Below are positions 19,585 to 30,145 of a DNA stretch of 64,000 nt, piece after piece. Within the stretch, counting starts at the first letter, position 1. Every line of letters begins with the position of its first letter. Source of the stretch: a virus (Duplodnaviria > Caudoviricetes); IMG/VR virus record IMGVR_UViG_2828164553_000001, positions 1 through 64,000 of that record; one strand, given 5' to 3'. Position numbers and translations under genes: made by a program. Below the pieces are notes generated by a model. It searched no databases. It was given only the letters and a program-made list of their open reading frames with translations, and had not been told where the DNA came from.

Positions 19585-20094
19585 ATGGCGTTGCCCAAGA
19601 AACTCAAAGCGCTCAACCTGTTCAACGACGGTGAGAGCTATCTCGGCCAAGTGGTCGAAGTGAAGCTGCCCACGCTGTCCCGCAAGATGGAGGAATATCG
19701 CGGCGGCGGCATGAATGGCCCGGTCGATATCGACTTCGGACAGGAGAAGATCGAGCTCGAATGGAAGTGCGGCGGGCTGATGCGCGGTGTGCTCAATCAG
19801 TACGGCGCCACCACGCACAACGCCGTGCAGCTGCGCTTTGCCGGCGCCTACCAGCGCGACGACAACGCCGAGGTGGATGCGGTGGAAGTGGTCGTGCGCG
19901 GCCGCCACAAGGAGATTGATCCGGGCACCGGCAAGTCCGGTGATGACACCGAGTTTTCGGTCAAGACCTCGGCCAGCTACTACAAGCTGACCATCAACGG
20001 CGCCACCGTCATCGAGATCGATCTGGTCAACATGACCGAGATCGTCAACGGCGTGGATCTGCTCGCCGCCCAACGCCGCGCCATCGGCGCCTGA
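19585..20094 (+). CDS. Tail tube (FII)
   Basis: MALPKKLK, EEYRGGGM. Confidence 0.96.
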   Translation: MALPKKLKALNLFNDGESYLGQVVEVKLPTLSRKMEEYRGGGMNGPVDIDFGQEKIELEWKCGGLMRGVLNQYGATTHNAVQLRFAGAYQRDDNAEVDAVEVVVRGRHKEIDPGTGKSGDDTEFSVKTSASYYKLTINGATVIEIDLVNMTEIVNGVDLLAAQRRAIGA

Positions 20095-20139
20095 CCCTTT
20101 CGGCCTGGCGCCGCCAGGCCACAGCCCTGAGACCTACCG

Positions 20140-20442
20140 ATGACCCCGACCTTTTCCCCAGCCATTCCCCTCGACCAGCCGATCACGCGCGGCGAACAGA
20201 CGATCACCGACCTCAAGGTGCGCAAGCCTGGTGCGGGTGAGCTGCGCGGCCTCAAGCTGACCGACGTGCTGCAGCTGGATGTCACCGCGCTGGCAACACT
20301 GCTGCCGCGCATTTCCTCGCCCACCCTGACCACCGCCGACGTCAATGCGATGGATCCGGCCGACCTGCTGGCGGTAGGCCAGGAGGTGCAGGTTTTTTTC
20401 TTGCCGAAGGCGCAGAGGGAAGCGGACTTCCCGACTGCGTAG
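20140..20442 (+). CDS. Tail assembly chaperone gpE
   Basis: RKPGAGELRG, LPRIS.P. Confidence 0.92.
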   Translation: MTPTFSPAIPLDQPITRGEQTITDLKVRKPGAGELRGLKLTDVLQLDVTALATLLPRISSPTLTTADVNAMDPADLLAVGQEVQVFFLPKAQREADFPTA

Positions 20443-20564
20443 AGGATGCGATGGCCGACATCGCGGCCATCTTCCACTGGCCGCCGTCTGAAATGGACGG
20501 CTGGTCGCTGCACGAACTCACGGCGTGGCGCGAGCGTGCCCGCCTGCGAAGCGGAGCCGAATGA
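20391..20564 (+). CDS. gpE' extension via programmed -1 frameshift at a T7 run
   Basis: GGTTTTTTTC at 20391-20400; -1 frame stays open to MADIAAIFHWPPSE...WRERA, stop at 20564, as in P2 E/E'. Confidence 0.85.
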   Translation, partial: GFFLAEGAEGSGLPDCVEDAMADIAAIFHWPPSEMDGWSLHELTAWRERARLRSGAE

Positions 20565-20593
20565 TGCCCCACCCCACGAACGAGGCCGCCTAA

Positions 20594-23464
20594 ATGGCGG
20601 CCTCCGACAATCTGCGCCTGCAGGTCATCCTGGCCGCCGTCGATCGCGCCACCGGCCCGTTCAAACGCGTACTCAGTGGCAGCCGTGGCGTTGCCACCGC
20701 ACTGCGCAACCAGCGCGATGCGCTGCGCCAACTCAACAGCCAGCACCGCGACATCGGCGCCTACCGCGAACAGGTGGCCATGGCACAGCGTGCCAAGGTT
20801 GCGCTCGATGCGCAGCGGCAATCGGTGCGCACGCTTGCTCAGCAGATCAAGGCCACCGGCACGCCCACCGCTGCCATGAATGCCGAGTTCGAGCGCGCCG
20901 TGCGCACCGCACGCGAACTCAAGACCGCGCACGGTGCGCAGGAGGCCGGCCTGCAGCGCCTGCGTGGTCGTTTGGAAACGGCCGGAATCAGCACCCGCGA
21001 GCTGGTCACGCATGAGCGCCGCCTGCGCGGCGAGATCGAGAGCACCAACACCGCGATGCGCGCCCAGCAGCAGCGCCTGGTGGCGATCGACGCTGCACAG
21101 CGTCGTAGCGCCCGGATCCAAAGCGCCGGCCTGCAGGCCAGCGCGTACGGCGCCGGCATGGCGTTTGCCGGCAAGCGCGCACTTGGCGCCGCGGTGCTGC
21201 CGATCAGCGACGCCATGGAGTTTGAGTCGGCCATGGCCGATGTGCGCAAGGTCGTGGACTTCAAAACGCCACAGCAGTTCGCGCAGATGGGACGCGATGT
21301 CGAGAACCTCTCGATGCGCCTGCCGATGCTGCCGGCCGAGATTGCCAAGATCGTCGCCGCTGCCGGCCAGGCCGCTATCCCGCGTCAGGAGCTGGTGCGC
21401 TTCGCCGAGGACGCGGCCAAGATGGGCGTGGCCTTCGACAGCAGCGCCGAGGAAGCCGGCCAGACCATGGCCACCTGGCGCACCGCTTTCCGGATGGGCC
21501 AGGACGAGGTCGTCGTGTTGGCCGACAAGATCAACTACCTCGGCAACACCGGACCGGCCAGCGTCAACAAAATCAGCGCGGTGGTGAACCGCATTGGTGC
21601 CCTGGGCGAAGTCGCCGGCCTGCAGAGCGGGCCACTGGCCGCGCTGGGCGCCACCGTCGCCGGCATGGGCATCGAGTCGGAAGTCTCGGCCACCGGTATC
21701 AAGAACATGCTGCTCACCCTGGCATCGGGCGAGTCGGCCACCAAGAGCCAGCGCGAGGCCTTTGACAAGCTGGGCATCAAGGCCACGGCCATGGCCCAGG
21801 TCATGCAGAAGGATGCCGGCGGGGCAATCATGTCAGTGCTGCGGAAGCTGCGCGCACTGCCCAAGGCTGAGCAGGCCGCGACCATGACGCAGCTGTTCGG
21901 CCGCGAGTCGATCGGTGCGATCGCGCCGCTGCTGACCAATCTGGAGCTGCTGCAGGGCAACTTCGCCAAGGTCGCCGATGCTCAGCGATACGGCGGCTCG
22001 ATGTCTGCCGAGTACGCATCGCGGGTGGCCACCTCGGCCAACTCGCTGCAGCTGCTGAAGAACACCGCCGTGGTGGTGTCCCAGTCGATCGGCCAGGCGC
22101 TGCTGCCGCAGTTCAAGGAACTGACCGAACGCACCGCCACCGTGGTCGGCCAGGTCACGACGTGGATCCGCGCCAATCCGGTGCTGGTGGGTGCGATCGC
22201 CAGGGTGGCGATCGGCGCCGCCGCATTGGTGACGATCCTGGGCGGACTGCTGGTGGCCGGCGGTGTGGCCGCGATGGCGTTCTCGCAGATCCACAGCGCC
22301 GTCGCGCTGCTGTCGGGCGGCGGCGGGTTTGGTGTGCTGATTCGCCAGGTGCTTTCGTTCGGCGGCCGCGTGCTGCCCATGCTCGCCAACGGTGCGCGCC
22401 TGCTGCTGCCGCTGCTCGGCGGCGTCAGCCTGCCGGTGCTGGCGATCGGTGCGGCAGTCGCTGCGGTGGCGCTGCTGGTGTGGAAGTACTGGGGACCGAT
22501 CAAGGCGTTCGCCATCGGCGTCTGGCAAGGCATCGTCGATGTCGCCGCGCCGGTGCTGGCCGAACTGAAGGCCGCACTCGCGCCACTGGGGCCGGTGTGG
22601 GACACCGTCGCGGCGGCGATGGGCCAGGCCTGGGCGTGGGTCAAGCAGCTGCTGACGCCGTTCGAGGCCACCACAGCGCAGTTGCACGGTGCAACTGACG
22701 CCGGTCGCGGCCTCGGGCAGATCCTGGGCGCGGTGCTGGTCACCCAGCTGCAGCTGGCCGTCAAGGCGATTGGCTGGCTGGTGCAGGCGTTTGTGTTCGT
22801 GCTGCCAGTGATCAAGCAGATCCTGGGCGGCGTGTGGCAAACCGTCCAGGGCACGTGGTCGCTCATCGTGGGCGTGTTCACCGGCAACGGCGATCGCATC
22901 CGCCAAGGACTGCTGCAGCTGTGGGCCGGCATCAACCTGCAGTTGGCTAACTGGCCGGCCAGAATGCTGCAGGCCGGCGCGGACATGATCAGCGGCCTGG
23001 TTCAGGGCATCCGCTCCAAGCTCGGCGCCGCCGGCGACGCGATCGCCAGCATCGGCAACGGTGTAGTCGATCGCTTCAAGGGCCTGCTGGGCATCCACAG
23101 CCCCTCGCGCGTTTTTGCCCAGCTGGGCGACTTCACCATGCAAGGCCTCACTGTCGGCCTGCAGCGTGGTCAGGGCGCGCCTGTGCAGGCCGTCACGGCG
23201 CTCGGCAACCGGATGCGGGCGGTGGGGGCCGGACTGGCCTTGGCGACGGCTACGGCGCCGGTGGCGGCGATCGACAGCCGGGCGCCGCTGTCGTCCCCTG
23301 TGCGCGCGACCAGCGCGCCTGCAGGCGGCAACAGCTACGTCATCCACGTCCATGCCGCACCTGGCATGGACGCCAACGCACTGGCGCGCGAAGTCGCCCG
23401 CCAGATCGAAGACCGCGAACGGCGAACGATGGCCACCCGCCGCTCCAGCCTACGCGACGACTGA
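20594..23464 (+). CDS. Tape measure protein (gpT)
   Basis: 956 aa, Ala-rich; FESAMADVRKVVDF core. Confidence 0.95.
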   Translation: MAASDNLRLQVILAAVDRATGPFKRVLSGSRGVATALRNQRDALRQLNSQHRDIGAYREQVAMAQRAKVALDAQRQSVRTLAQQIKATGTPTAAMNAEFERAVRTARELKTAHGAQEAGLQRLRGRLETAGISTRELVTHERRLRGEIESTNTAMRAQQQRLVAIDAAQRRSARIQSAGLQASAYGAGMAFAGKRALGAAVLPISDAMEFESAMADVRKVVDFKTPQQFAQMGRDVENLSMRLPMLPAEIAKIVAAAGQAAIPRQELVRFAEDAAKMGVAFDSSAEEAGQTMATWRTAFRMGQDEVVVLADKINYLGNTGPASVNKISAVVNRIGALGEVAGLQSGPLAALGATVAGMGIESEVSATGIKNMLLTLASGESATKSQREAFDKLGIKATAMAQVMQKDAGGAIMSVLRKLRALPKAEQAATMTQLFGRESIGAIAPLLTNLELLQGNFAKVADAQRYGGSMSAEYASRVATSANSLQLLKNTAVVVSQSIGQALLPQFKELTERTATVVGQVTTWIRANPVLVGAIARVAIGAAALVTILGGLLVAGGVAAMAFSQIHSAVALLSGGGGFGVLIRQVLSFGGRVLPMLANGARLLLPLLGGVSLPVLAIGAAVAAVALLVWKYWGPIKAFAIGVWQGIVDVAAPVLAELKAALAPLGPVWDTVAAAMGQAWAWVKQLLTPFEATTAQLHGATDAGRGLGQILGAVLVTQLQLAVKAIGWLVQAFVFVLPVIKQILGGVWQTVQGTWSLIVGVFTGNGDRIRQGLLQLWAGINLQLANWPARMLQAGADMISGLVQGIRSKLGAAGDAIASIGNGVVDRFKGLLGIHSPSRVFAQLGDFTMQGLTVGLQRGQGAPVQAVTALGNRMRAVGAGLALATATAPVAAIDSRAPLSSPVRATSAPAGGNSYVIHVHAAPGMDANALAREVARQIEDRERRTMATRRSSLRDD

Positions 23465-23476
23465 GGATCCGCCCCG

Positions 23477-23878
23477 ATGATGATGTCTTACGGCACGTTC
23501 GTGTTTTCCCTGGACAGCGCCGCATTCCTGCAGCTGCAGCGGCAGATGAGTTGGCGCCACGCCACCAGCGAGCGCGTAGGCGCGCGGCCGGCCAGCCAGT
23601 TCCTCGGACCAGGCGATGACAGCATCGACCTATCTGGTCTGATTGCTCCCGAACTCACCGGTACCCGCGCGTCCCTGGACACACTGCGCGAACTTGCTGC
23701 AGATGGTGAGCCGCTACCGCTGGTCGACGGCGCAGGCGTGGTCTACGGGCCGTATCTGCTGCTGTCGCTCAACGAGACCGCCTCGCTATTCTTCGAGGAC
23801 GGCACACCGCGACGGATCGAGTTCCAACTGAGCCTGCGCCGCGCAGACGACACCACGCCGGAGGCGACCGCCGCATGA
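23477..23878 (+). CDS. Tail protein U
   Basis: MMSYGTFVF, QFLGPG, PRRIEF. Confidence 0.92.
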   Translation: MMMSYGTFVFSLDSAAFLQLQRQMSWRHATSERVGARPASQFLGPGDDSIDLSGLIAPELTGTRASLDTLRELAADGEPLPLVDGAGVVYGPYLLLSLNETASLFFEDGTPRRIEFQLSLRRADDTTPEATAA

Positions 23879-24861
23879 GCTACCCGATCCCGCAGTGGCG
23901 TGTGGTGCTCGATGGCGTCAACCTTACCGAGCGCATCGCGCCGCGCCTGCTCGATCTCACTCTCACCGAATGCCGTGGCGGTGAAGCCGATCAGCTGGAT
24001 CTGCGCATCCATGACCACGACGGCAAGATGGCACTACCCAAGCGCGGCGTGCGCCTGGCCGTCGCCTTGGGCTGGAAAGCCACCGGCCTGGTCGACAAGG
24101 GCACCTTCATCGTCGACGAAGTGGAGTACAGCGGCGCGCCGGACATCATCGCCGTGCGCGCGCGCAGTGCAGATCTCACCGCCAACATGCGCATACGCCG
24201 AGAGCGCAGCTGGCACGACACGACACTGGGCGCCGTGCTCAACACGTTGGCAGGGGAACATGCCCTGACGCCGCGCGTGGCTGAGGCATTGGCGAAGATC
24301 AAACTGCCGCACCTTGACCAAGCCAACGAAAGCGACATGAATCTGCTCACCCGCTTGGGCCAGCGCTTCAATGCAGTAGCAACCGTGAAGGCAGGCGCGT
24401 TGGTGTTTGCGCCGATCGGCGCCGGCACTACGGCGACTGGCAAACCACTGCCGACTGCTACCCTGACGCGGCGCGATGGAGACCAGCACCGCTACTCGGT
24501 GGCCGACCGCGATGCCTACACCGGCGTACGTGCGTACTGGGTGGACAAGGGCAAGGCGCGGCGGCAATCGGTGCTGGTAGGCACGGACGACAACGCCAAG
24601 AGCCTGCGGGAGTCCTATGCCGATGAAGCAACGGCACGCCAGCATGCACACGCAGAGTTGGAGCGGGTGAAACGCGGAATGGCAAAGATCGATTACACGC
24701 TGGCATTGGGGCGCGCTGATCTATCTGCGGAACAGAAAATTTTCCTAGACGGCCTCAAGCCTGAAATCAGCGGAATAAGCTGGCTGATCGCCAGAGTCAC
24801 GCACACATTGAATGGATCAGGTGGCTTCTCGACTTCTATGCAACTGGAATCTAGTTCATAA
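23875..24861 (+). CDS. Late control/baseplate hub protein D
   Basis: EADQLD, DQANESD, YTGVRAYW. Confidence 0.93.
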   Translation: MSYPIPQWRVVLDGVNLTERIAPRLLDLTLTECRGGEADQLDLRIHDHDGKMALPKRGVRLAVALGWKATGLVDKGTFIVDEVEYSGAPDIIAVRARSADLTANMRIRRERSWHDTTLGAVLNTLAGEHALTPRVAEALAKIKLPHLDQANESDMNLLTRLGQRFNAVATVKAGALVFAPIGAGTTATGKPLPTATLTRRDGDQHRYSVADRDAYTGVRAYWVDKGKARRQSVLVGTDDNAKSLRESYADEATARQHAHAELERVKRGMAKIDYTLALGRADLSAEQKIFLDGLKPEISGISWLIARVTHTLNGSGGFSTSMQLESSS

Positions 24862-24948
24862 ATTTTGGCGAAATTACGCTATCTGCTTGGACAGCGAACA
24901 CCGTTGTGATATCCAGGAACAACAGGGGCTGCACAAGGAGATGCACTT

Positions 24949-25425
24949 ATGAAATTAGGAGTTCTAAGCTTGGCTCTGACTACGGCTCTGCTGGCTTCGG
25001 CTGGCGTGGGCCCAGCCAATGCCAAGGAGGCCAAAGTCACAACACTGCTGACCACTCAAAAGGTCTACAGTGCAAATGCACCTGAAGTTGGTGCGATCCG
25101 TGACTGGATCACCAAACACTCGCCCGAATATCAGCCGCTTCTTAAAGGCGGCGTAGTTACGGTCAAGCGAACCGGACCGGCGGGTTCTTCGTCGATGGCG
25201 ACGGCATCTCAAGGACCAGGCGGACCTCCAGTTCCACTCCCCGCCTCAGGTCTGCCAGGAGAGACCTTCGAAGTCACACAGACATATCCGAATGGGGGAT
25301 ACGAAACGTGGATCTATGTCTGGGGACTCCAAGACATTCCGTCTGGTCTGGGTGATTGGCAATTGCAGTCCTACAAGTTTGACAGGGGCAAGGGAGAAGT
25401 TCCAAACAACCTGCCTGAGCCCTGA
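24949..25425 (+). CDS. Secreted hypothetical protein (moron)
   Basis: AAGGAG RBS, signal peptide (..PANA/KE), lower GC than flanks. Confidence 0.75.
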   Translation: MKLGVLSLALTTALLASAGVGPANAKEAKVTTLLTTQKVYSANAPEVGAIRDWITKHSPEYQPLLKGGVVTVKRTGPAGSSSMATASQGPGGPPVPLPASGLPGETFEVTQTYPNGGYETWIYVWGLQDIPSGLGDWQLQSYKFDRGKGEVPNNLPEP

Positions 25426-25524
25426 CTCGACGCACCAATAGCGTCTCACCAGGATTCAGCGCACGCACTTACACCGTTAGGAAAGCGGTGATCGCTAGCA
25501 CGGAGCCAAGCGCGATGACCTGAG

Positions 25525-25553
25525 AAACCGCCGGCCAACACCGGCGGTTTTTT
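25525..25553. terminator. Intrinsic terminator, probably bidirectional
   Basis: AAACCGCCGG-N6-CCGGCGGTTTTTT. Confidence 0.8.
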
Positions 25554-25654
25554 GCGTCGATGCTTTGCTTTGTGACGTTCATTCCTCAACGTCAGGACCC
25601 GATTGCCGATAACGCACTCTTTTGCGAGGACCAGTTGTCCTATCTGGACTTTGA

Positions 25655-26092
25655 TCACGACTTCTTTTTTTTGCCGCCGCCCATGTTGATTTGCATGTAT
25701 CTCTGGTCGATCGGTGCGCTGGTCGAAATCACAGAACCAATTTCGCTGTTGTTGAACGACACGGCCGGGCCGCTCCCGGTCTTAGAAGACGACGCATCTG
25801 CCGACAAACCCAATGCAGCAAGCACAGCGTTGCGAGCAGCCGGTGACGCATCTTTGAACGCAGACAGCAGAAGCCTGTCGGCGGGATCCAACTGCGCCCG
25901 ATGTCCAGACAGCACGTACATGACATCGACACCACGGTCTAGCGCGGCCAGCAGATACGCTCCGCCGGGCAGGTTGATGTCTTTCTCGAAGTTCAGTTGC
26001 GCGTAGCGCGTGAGGCCGAGTTGCACGGCCATCTCCTCTTGCGTAAGACCGAGGCGCTTGCGCTCTTCCTTAAGGCGTTTCCCTACAGTCAT
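25655..26092 (-). CDS. XRE-family HTH immunity repressor (cI/C-like)
   Basis: GKRLKEERKRLGLTQEEMA...GVDVMYVLSG; divergent from the early operon. Confidence 0.9.
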   Translation of the reverse strand: MTVGKRLKEERKRLGLTQEEMAVQLGLTRYAQLNFEKDINLPGGAYLLAALDRGVDVMYVLSGHRAQLDPADRLLLSAFKDASPAARNAVLAALGLSADASSSKTGSGPAVSFNNSEIGSVISTSAPIDQRYMQINMGGGKKKKS

Positions 26093-26108
26093 ACAGGCAT
26101 TCCCTTAC

Positions 26109-26137
26109 TTGACAATGTTGAGTTAAGTCCACAAAAT
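26109..26137 (+). promoter_or_regulatory. Sigma70-like early promoter
   Basis: TTGACA-N17-CAAAAT in the cI/cro intergenic region. Confidence 0.6.
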
Positions 26138-26162
26138 TCCCAAAAGTAGACGGAACCGCCAC

Positions 26163-26420
26163 ATGCCCCCTAAGAGTCAGATGCAGCAGTTCACGCCTCG
26201 CAGCCCGGAACAGGCGCGACAGTGGCTTGAAGCAAATGGCATCACGGTCTCGGCATTCGCCAGGCAGAACGGCGTGGATCGGTCGGTCGTGCATGACCTG
26301 CTCCGTGGCCGTTCGCAAGGCAAATACGGCGAGTCCCACAAGGCGGCAATCGCCCTGGGCCTCAAAGCACCACCCAATAGTGCCACAGAAATCCCAACCG
26401 CCAAGAGCTCAAGGGGGTGA
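26163..26420 (+). CDS. Cro/Ner-like DNA-binding protein
   Basis: GITVSAFARQNG...GESHKAAIALGLK. Confidence 0.85.
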   Translation: MPPKSQMQQFTPRSPEQARQWLEANGITVSAFARQNGVDRSVVHDLLRGRSQGKYGESHKAAIALGLKAPPNSATEIPTAKSSRG

Positions 26421-26422
26421 GC

Positions 26423-26743
26423 ATGTTCGGTCGGAAAAAGATCGTTTTTCGCTGCGAGGCATGCAGTGCAAGGCTCATCAAGCGCACCAGCGTCCTTGCA
26501 CATAAGTTCCTGCGGCACGACTCGTATGTCTGTGAAAACCCGATGTGTGGCGCGACCTACACGGGCCATTCGGAGTTGACGGGAATTGCCAGCCCCAGCG
26601 GCGTACCCACCGCACACAGCGAACTTCCACCAACACCTGCCTATCAGCGCGCCCAAGCGTTGCAGGCCTACCGCGAGTCGCTGGGCGACCGCCAGCTGGA
26701 CTTGATCCCCATGGGCGGCGAGCCGTTCTTCCCTCACCTCTGA
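26423..26743 (+). CDS. ogr: Ogr/Delta-like zinc-finger late activator
   Basis: CEAC...CENPMCGATY, IASPSG. Confidence 0.85.
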   Translation: MFGRKKIVFRCEACSARLIKRTSVLAHKFLRHDSYVCENPMCGATYTGHSELTGIASPSGVPTAHSELPPTPAYQRAQALQAYRESLGDRQLDLIPMGGEPFFPHL

Positions 26744-26753
26744 GGTAACCCGA

Positions 26754-27032
26754 ATGCGAAAGACCATTGATTGGGCGGCACTGCCGCCCACGGCGAAGCT
26801 TTGCCTCGAAGTTGCGCGCATCCACGACGGATTGGTGAAGACCGAGCACGGCTACATCGGCCGCACTGCCGCGCCTGAGACAGATCAGCGCTTCGGCGCG
26901 GTTGTAGTTGCCGCGCTCATGCGCGATGAACTTGCCACCTCTGACGCCATCGATGAGCGCCTGGTCGTGCTGACCGATGCCGCCATCGCTTTATTCGACT
27001 TCGAACACACAAACACCGAGGTCGGCTCGTGA
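26754..27032 (+). CDS. Hypothetical early protein
   Basis: GAGG RBS; packed in the operon. Confidence 0.6.
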   Translation: MRKTIDWAALPPTAKLCLEVARIHDGLVKTEHGYIGRTAAPETDQRFGAVVVAALMRDELATSDAIDERLVVLTDAAIALFDFEHTNTEVGS

Positions 27033-27241
27033 GGCATGCCAACAGCTGGTTCACCGCACAGGAGCCGCGATTCGTGGATGCGGCAAGCAATGTACCGCAG
27101 CGCATCGCGCCGCACGCCAAGCACGAAGAGGCACGCCTGCTCGCTGCCGCCGTTGACGCGCACCGCCGTGCCGGCGGCGCTTATGTCGTGATCGACAACG
27201 CCCCCTCTCCGCACGCGCCTCGGCGCTGGCTCGGCGTCTAA
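27029..27241 (+). CDS. Hypothetical early protein
   Basis: GTGA coupling. Confidence 0.5.
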   Translation: MRHANSWFTAQEPRFVDAASNVPQRIAPHAKHEEARLLAAAVDAHRRAGGAYVVIDNAPSPHAPRRWLGV

Positions 27242-27250
27242 GGAAGTTCG

Positions 27251-29947
27251 ATGCAAGAGGATCTGCGGCAACAGGTGCTGTCTCGACTAGAGCGGGATTA
27301 CGGACTCAAGCACCGGAGCGGTACCGAGTACATGCGCGGCGGTAAATGCCCCTCGTGCAGCAAGAAAGAGCTGTACACCAACCATCTCAAGCCGTGGGTG
27401 GTGAAGTGCGGTCGTCAGTCCAAATGCGGTCGCGAACTGCACGTCAAGGATCTATACGACGATCTGTTCGACGACTGGTCCAAGCGCTTCCAACCAACGC
27501 CCGCGGCTCCCAATGCTGCGGCGGATGCCTACCTGCAGTTCTCCCGTGGCTTTGACCTCGCTCCGCTGAAAGGCCTCTACACCCAGGAAAGCCACTACGA
27601 CCGCAAAATCAGCGCCGGTACCGCGACTGTGCGCTTTGCGCTCGTCAAGGGCGGCTGGTGGGAGCGCCTGATCGATCGCCCGCATCGCTTCGGCAAGCAG
27701 AAGGCGCGCTTTGCGCCAGGCCAGAGCTATGCGGGCGTGTGGTGGGCCGCGCCTGCCGCGCTGACAGCCATGCAGACGGCGCGCGAAGTGTGGATCGTTG
27801 AGGGGATCTTTGATGCGATCGCGCTCCTGCAGCACAGCATGTGCGCGGTGTCGGCCATGTCTTCCAACGCGTTTCCGGAAGAATCGTTACGCGAGCTGGT
27901 CAAGGCGCGCATGGCCGATCTTCCAACGCTCGTATGGGCGCTGGACAACGAGCCGGGCGCCCGTGCGTACACGCACAAGCACATCAAGCGCGCAGCGGCG
28001 CTGGGCTTCGATTCGCGGGCCGCGCAGATCGTCCAGCGCGACGGCAAGAAAACCGACTGGAACGACCTGCATCTGCGCGCTATCGCGTCCGATGATCCCA
28101 AGCAGTGGGACAACGACGTCAGGGAAGCACGCTACCAGGGCGACCTGCTTTTGGCTCGCTCGGCGGTCGACAAAGGCCTGCTCATGTTCGAGCACGACGG
28201 CCGCAACGACTTCTGGCTGGACTACCGCTCCCGCCTGTACTGGTTCGATTTCGATACGCAGCGCTTCGACAAGCTGCGCAAGGAGAAGCTGGGCGACATC
28301 GATGCCGACGACGGCGACGAGGTTGCGGCCGAGGATTTGAAGAAGATCAAGCGCGCCGCGTGCTCCGTCCAGAAGATTGCCAACTGCTACCCGGAAGCCC
28401 TGTATTTCCAGCGCCAAGAGGTCACCGACGAAAGCTGGTACTACTTCCGCGTCGATTTTCCGCACGACGGTCCCAGCGTAAAAGGCACCTTTACCGGTGG
28501 TCATGTCGCCAGCGCGTCCGAGTTCAAGAAGCGACTGATCTCCCTGGCCGCCGGCGCCATGTTCACCGGTACCGGCCACCAGCTGGACCGCCTGATCGAA
28601 GAGCAGACCGAGGCGATCAAGACGGTCGACGCCATCGACTTCGTTGGCTACAGCAAGGAACACCGCGCCTACCTGCTCGGCGATATGGCCGTGCGCGACG
28701 GCGAGCTGGTGACGGCCAACGAAGAGGACTACTTCGAGTTCGACAAGCTGCGCTTGAAGACCACGCAGAAGTCCATCCGCTTGGAGATTCAGCGCGACGC
28801 TGAGGCGTTCCGCGTTGATTGGCTACCGTGGCTCTGGCAGTGCTTCGGCACGCACGGCATGGTCGCCATGACGTTCTGGTTTGGCTCACTGTTCGCCGAG
28901 CAGATCCGCACCGGCCACAAGAGCTTCCCATTCCTCGAAGCCACCGGTGAAGCCGGCGCCGGCAAGACCACCCTGTTGACGTTCCTGTGGAAGCTGCTGG
29001 GCCGCTCGGACTACGAGGGCTTCGACCCGGCCAAGTCATCCAAGGCTGGCCGCGCACGCGCAATGGGCCAGGTGTCCGGCATGCCCGTGGTCCTGCTGGA
29101 AGCCGATCGCAGCGAGCCAGACAAGGCGCATTCAAAGACGTTCGAGTGGGATGAGCTGAAGGACTTCTTCGGCGGCGGCACGCTGGCAACACGCGGCGTG
29201 CGCAACGGCGGCAACGAGACCTACGAGCCACCATTTCGCGGCACGATCGTCATCACCCAGAACGCTGCGGTGGACGCCAGCGAAGCGATCCTCACGCGCA
29301 TCGTGAAGCTGCACTTCAAACGCCCGCAGGTCACCACCGAGAGCCGCATCGCGGCCGACAACCTCAACGCGCTACAGGTCGAAGAAGTCAGCCACTTCCT
29401 CGTGCGTGCCATTCGCCAGGAGCGCGCCATCCTCGATCTGTTCGCCGAGCGGGTGAAGGTCTTCGAGGCCAAGCTGCGCGCGCAGCAGGATCTGCGCCTT
29501 GAACGAGTCATCAAGAACCACGCGCAGATGCTGGCGCTGTTCGACTGCCTGCGCCTGGTCATCACCATCCCTGACGATATGGTCGAGCAGACGCGGCTGG
29601 CGTTGTTGGACATGGCCCTGGAACGGCAGAAGGCGATCAGCGCCGACCACGCGATGGTCAACGAGTTCTGGGAGGTCTACGAATACCTTGAAGCCACCGG
29701 CCACGGTAAAGCCGTCGTCAACCACAGCCGCGACGGGCAGCGCATTGCGATCAATCTCAATCACTTCGCTGCGCGGGCCGCGCAGTTCAGTCAGTCGGTG
29801 CCCGACCTCAAGGTGCTGCGTGCGCTGCTCGGTGACTCCCGTCGGCACAAGTTCATCGGCGCGAACGTAGCCGTCAACAGCGCCGTTCTCAAGGACGATC
29901 TGACCGGCGTCGGCACCACCGTGAAGTGCTGGGTGTTCGCCAAATGA
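27251..29947 (+). CDS. Zn-finger/TOPRIM primase-helicase replication protein
   Basis: CPSC...C..C, IVEGIFDAIA, LDNE, DWND, GEAGAGKT Walker A. Confidence 0.9.
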   Translation: MQEDLRQQVLSRLERDYGLKHRSGTEYMRGGKCPSCSKKELYTNHLKPWVVKCGRQSKCGRELHVKDLYDDLFDDWSKRFQPTPAAPNAAADAYLQFSRGFDLAPLKGLYTQESHYDRKISAGTATVRFALVKGGWWERLIDRPHRFGKQKARFAPGQSYAGVWWAAPAALTAMQTAREVWIVEGIFDAIALLQHSMCAVSAMSSNAFPEESLRELVKARMADLPTLVWALDNEPGARAYTHKHIKRAAALGFDSRAAQIVQRDGKKTDWNDLHLRAIASDDPKQWDNDVREARYQGDLLLARSAVDKGLLMFEHDGRNDFWLDYRSRLYWFDFDTQRFDKLRKEKLGDIDADDGDEVAAEDLKKIKRAACSVQKIANCYPEALYFQRQEVTDESWYYFRVDFPHDGPSVKGTFTGGHVASASEFKKRLISLAAGAMFTGTGHQLDRLIEEQTEAIKTVDAIDFVGYSKEHRAYLLGDMAVRDGELVTANEEDYFEFDKLRLKTTQKSIRLEIQRDAEAFRVDWLPWLWQCFGTHGMVAMTFWFGSLFAEQIRTGHKSFPFLEATGEAGAGKTTLLTFLWKLLGRSDYEGFDPAKSSKAGRARAMGQVSGMPVVLLEADRSEPDKAHSKTFEWDELKDFFGGGTLATRGVRNGGNETYEPPFRGTIVITQNAAVDASEAILTRIVKLHFKRPQVTTESRIAADNLNALQVEEVSHFLVRAIRQERAILDLFAERVKVFEAKLRAQQDLRLERVIKNHAQMLALFDCLRLVITIPDDMVEQTRLALLDMALERQKAISADHAMVNEFWEVYEYLEATGHGKAVVNHSRDGQRIAINLNHFAARAAQFSQSVPDLKVLRALLGDSRRHKFIGANVAVNSAVLKDDLTGVGTTVKCWVFAK

Positions 29948-30145
29948 GCGCAATCGCACACGTGGGAAATTTTGAGAAATTTTCGTTGACTTCTACCTGG
30001 CAGCGGAGCAACTATTACCGCGTCGCCGCAAAATCGGCGGCCGGGATTGGCGTCCCGACTTCAAACGGCGCAACAGCGCCCATCGAACGATGCCCGGCGC
30101 TTTTTTCTCGCCCGGCTTCCGCTCGGGCGCGTGCCTGCCAGTTCT

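Noticed and set aside
25446-25658. 70-aa ORF coupled to the end of cI
   Set aside because: It runs through the terminator hairpin and has no recognisable motif; left uncalled.
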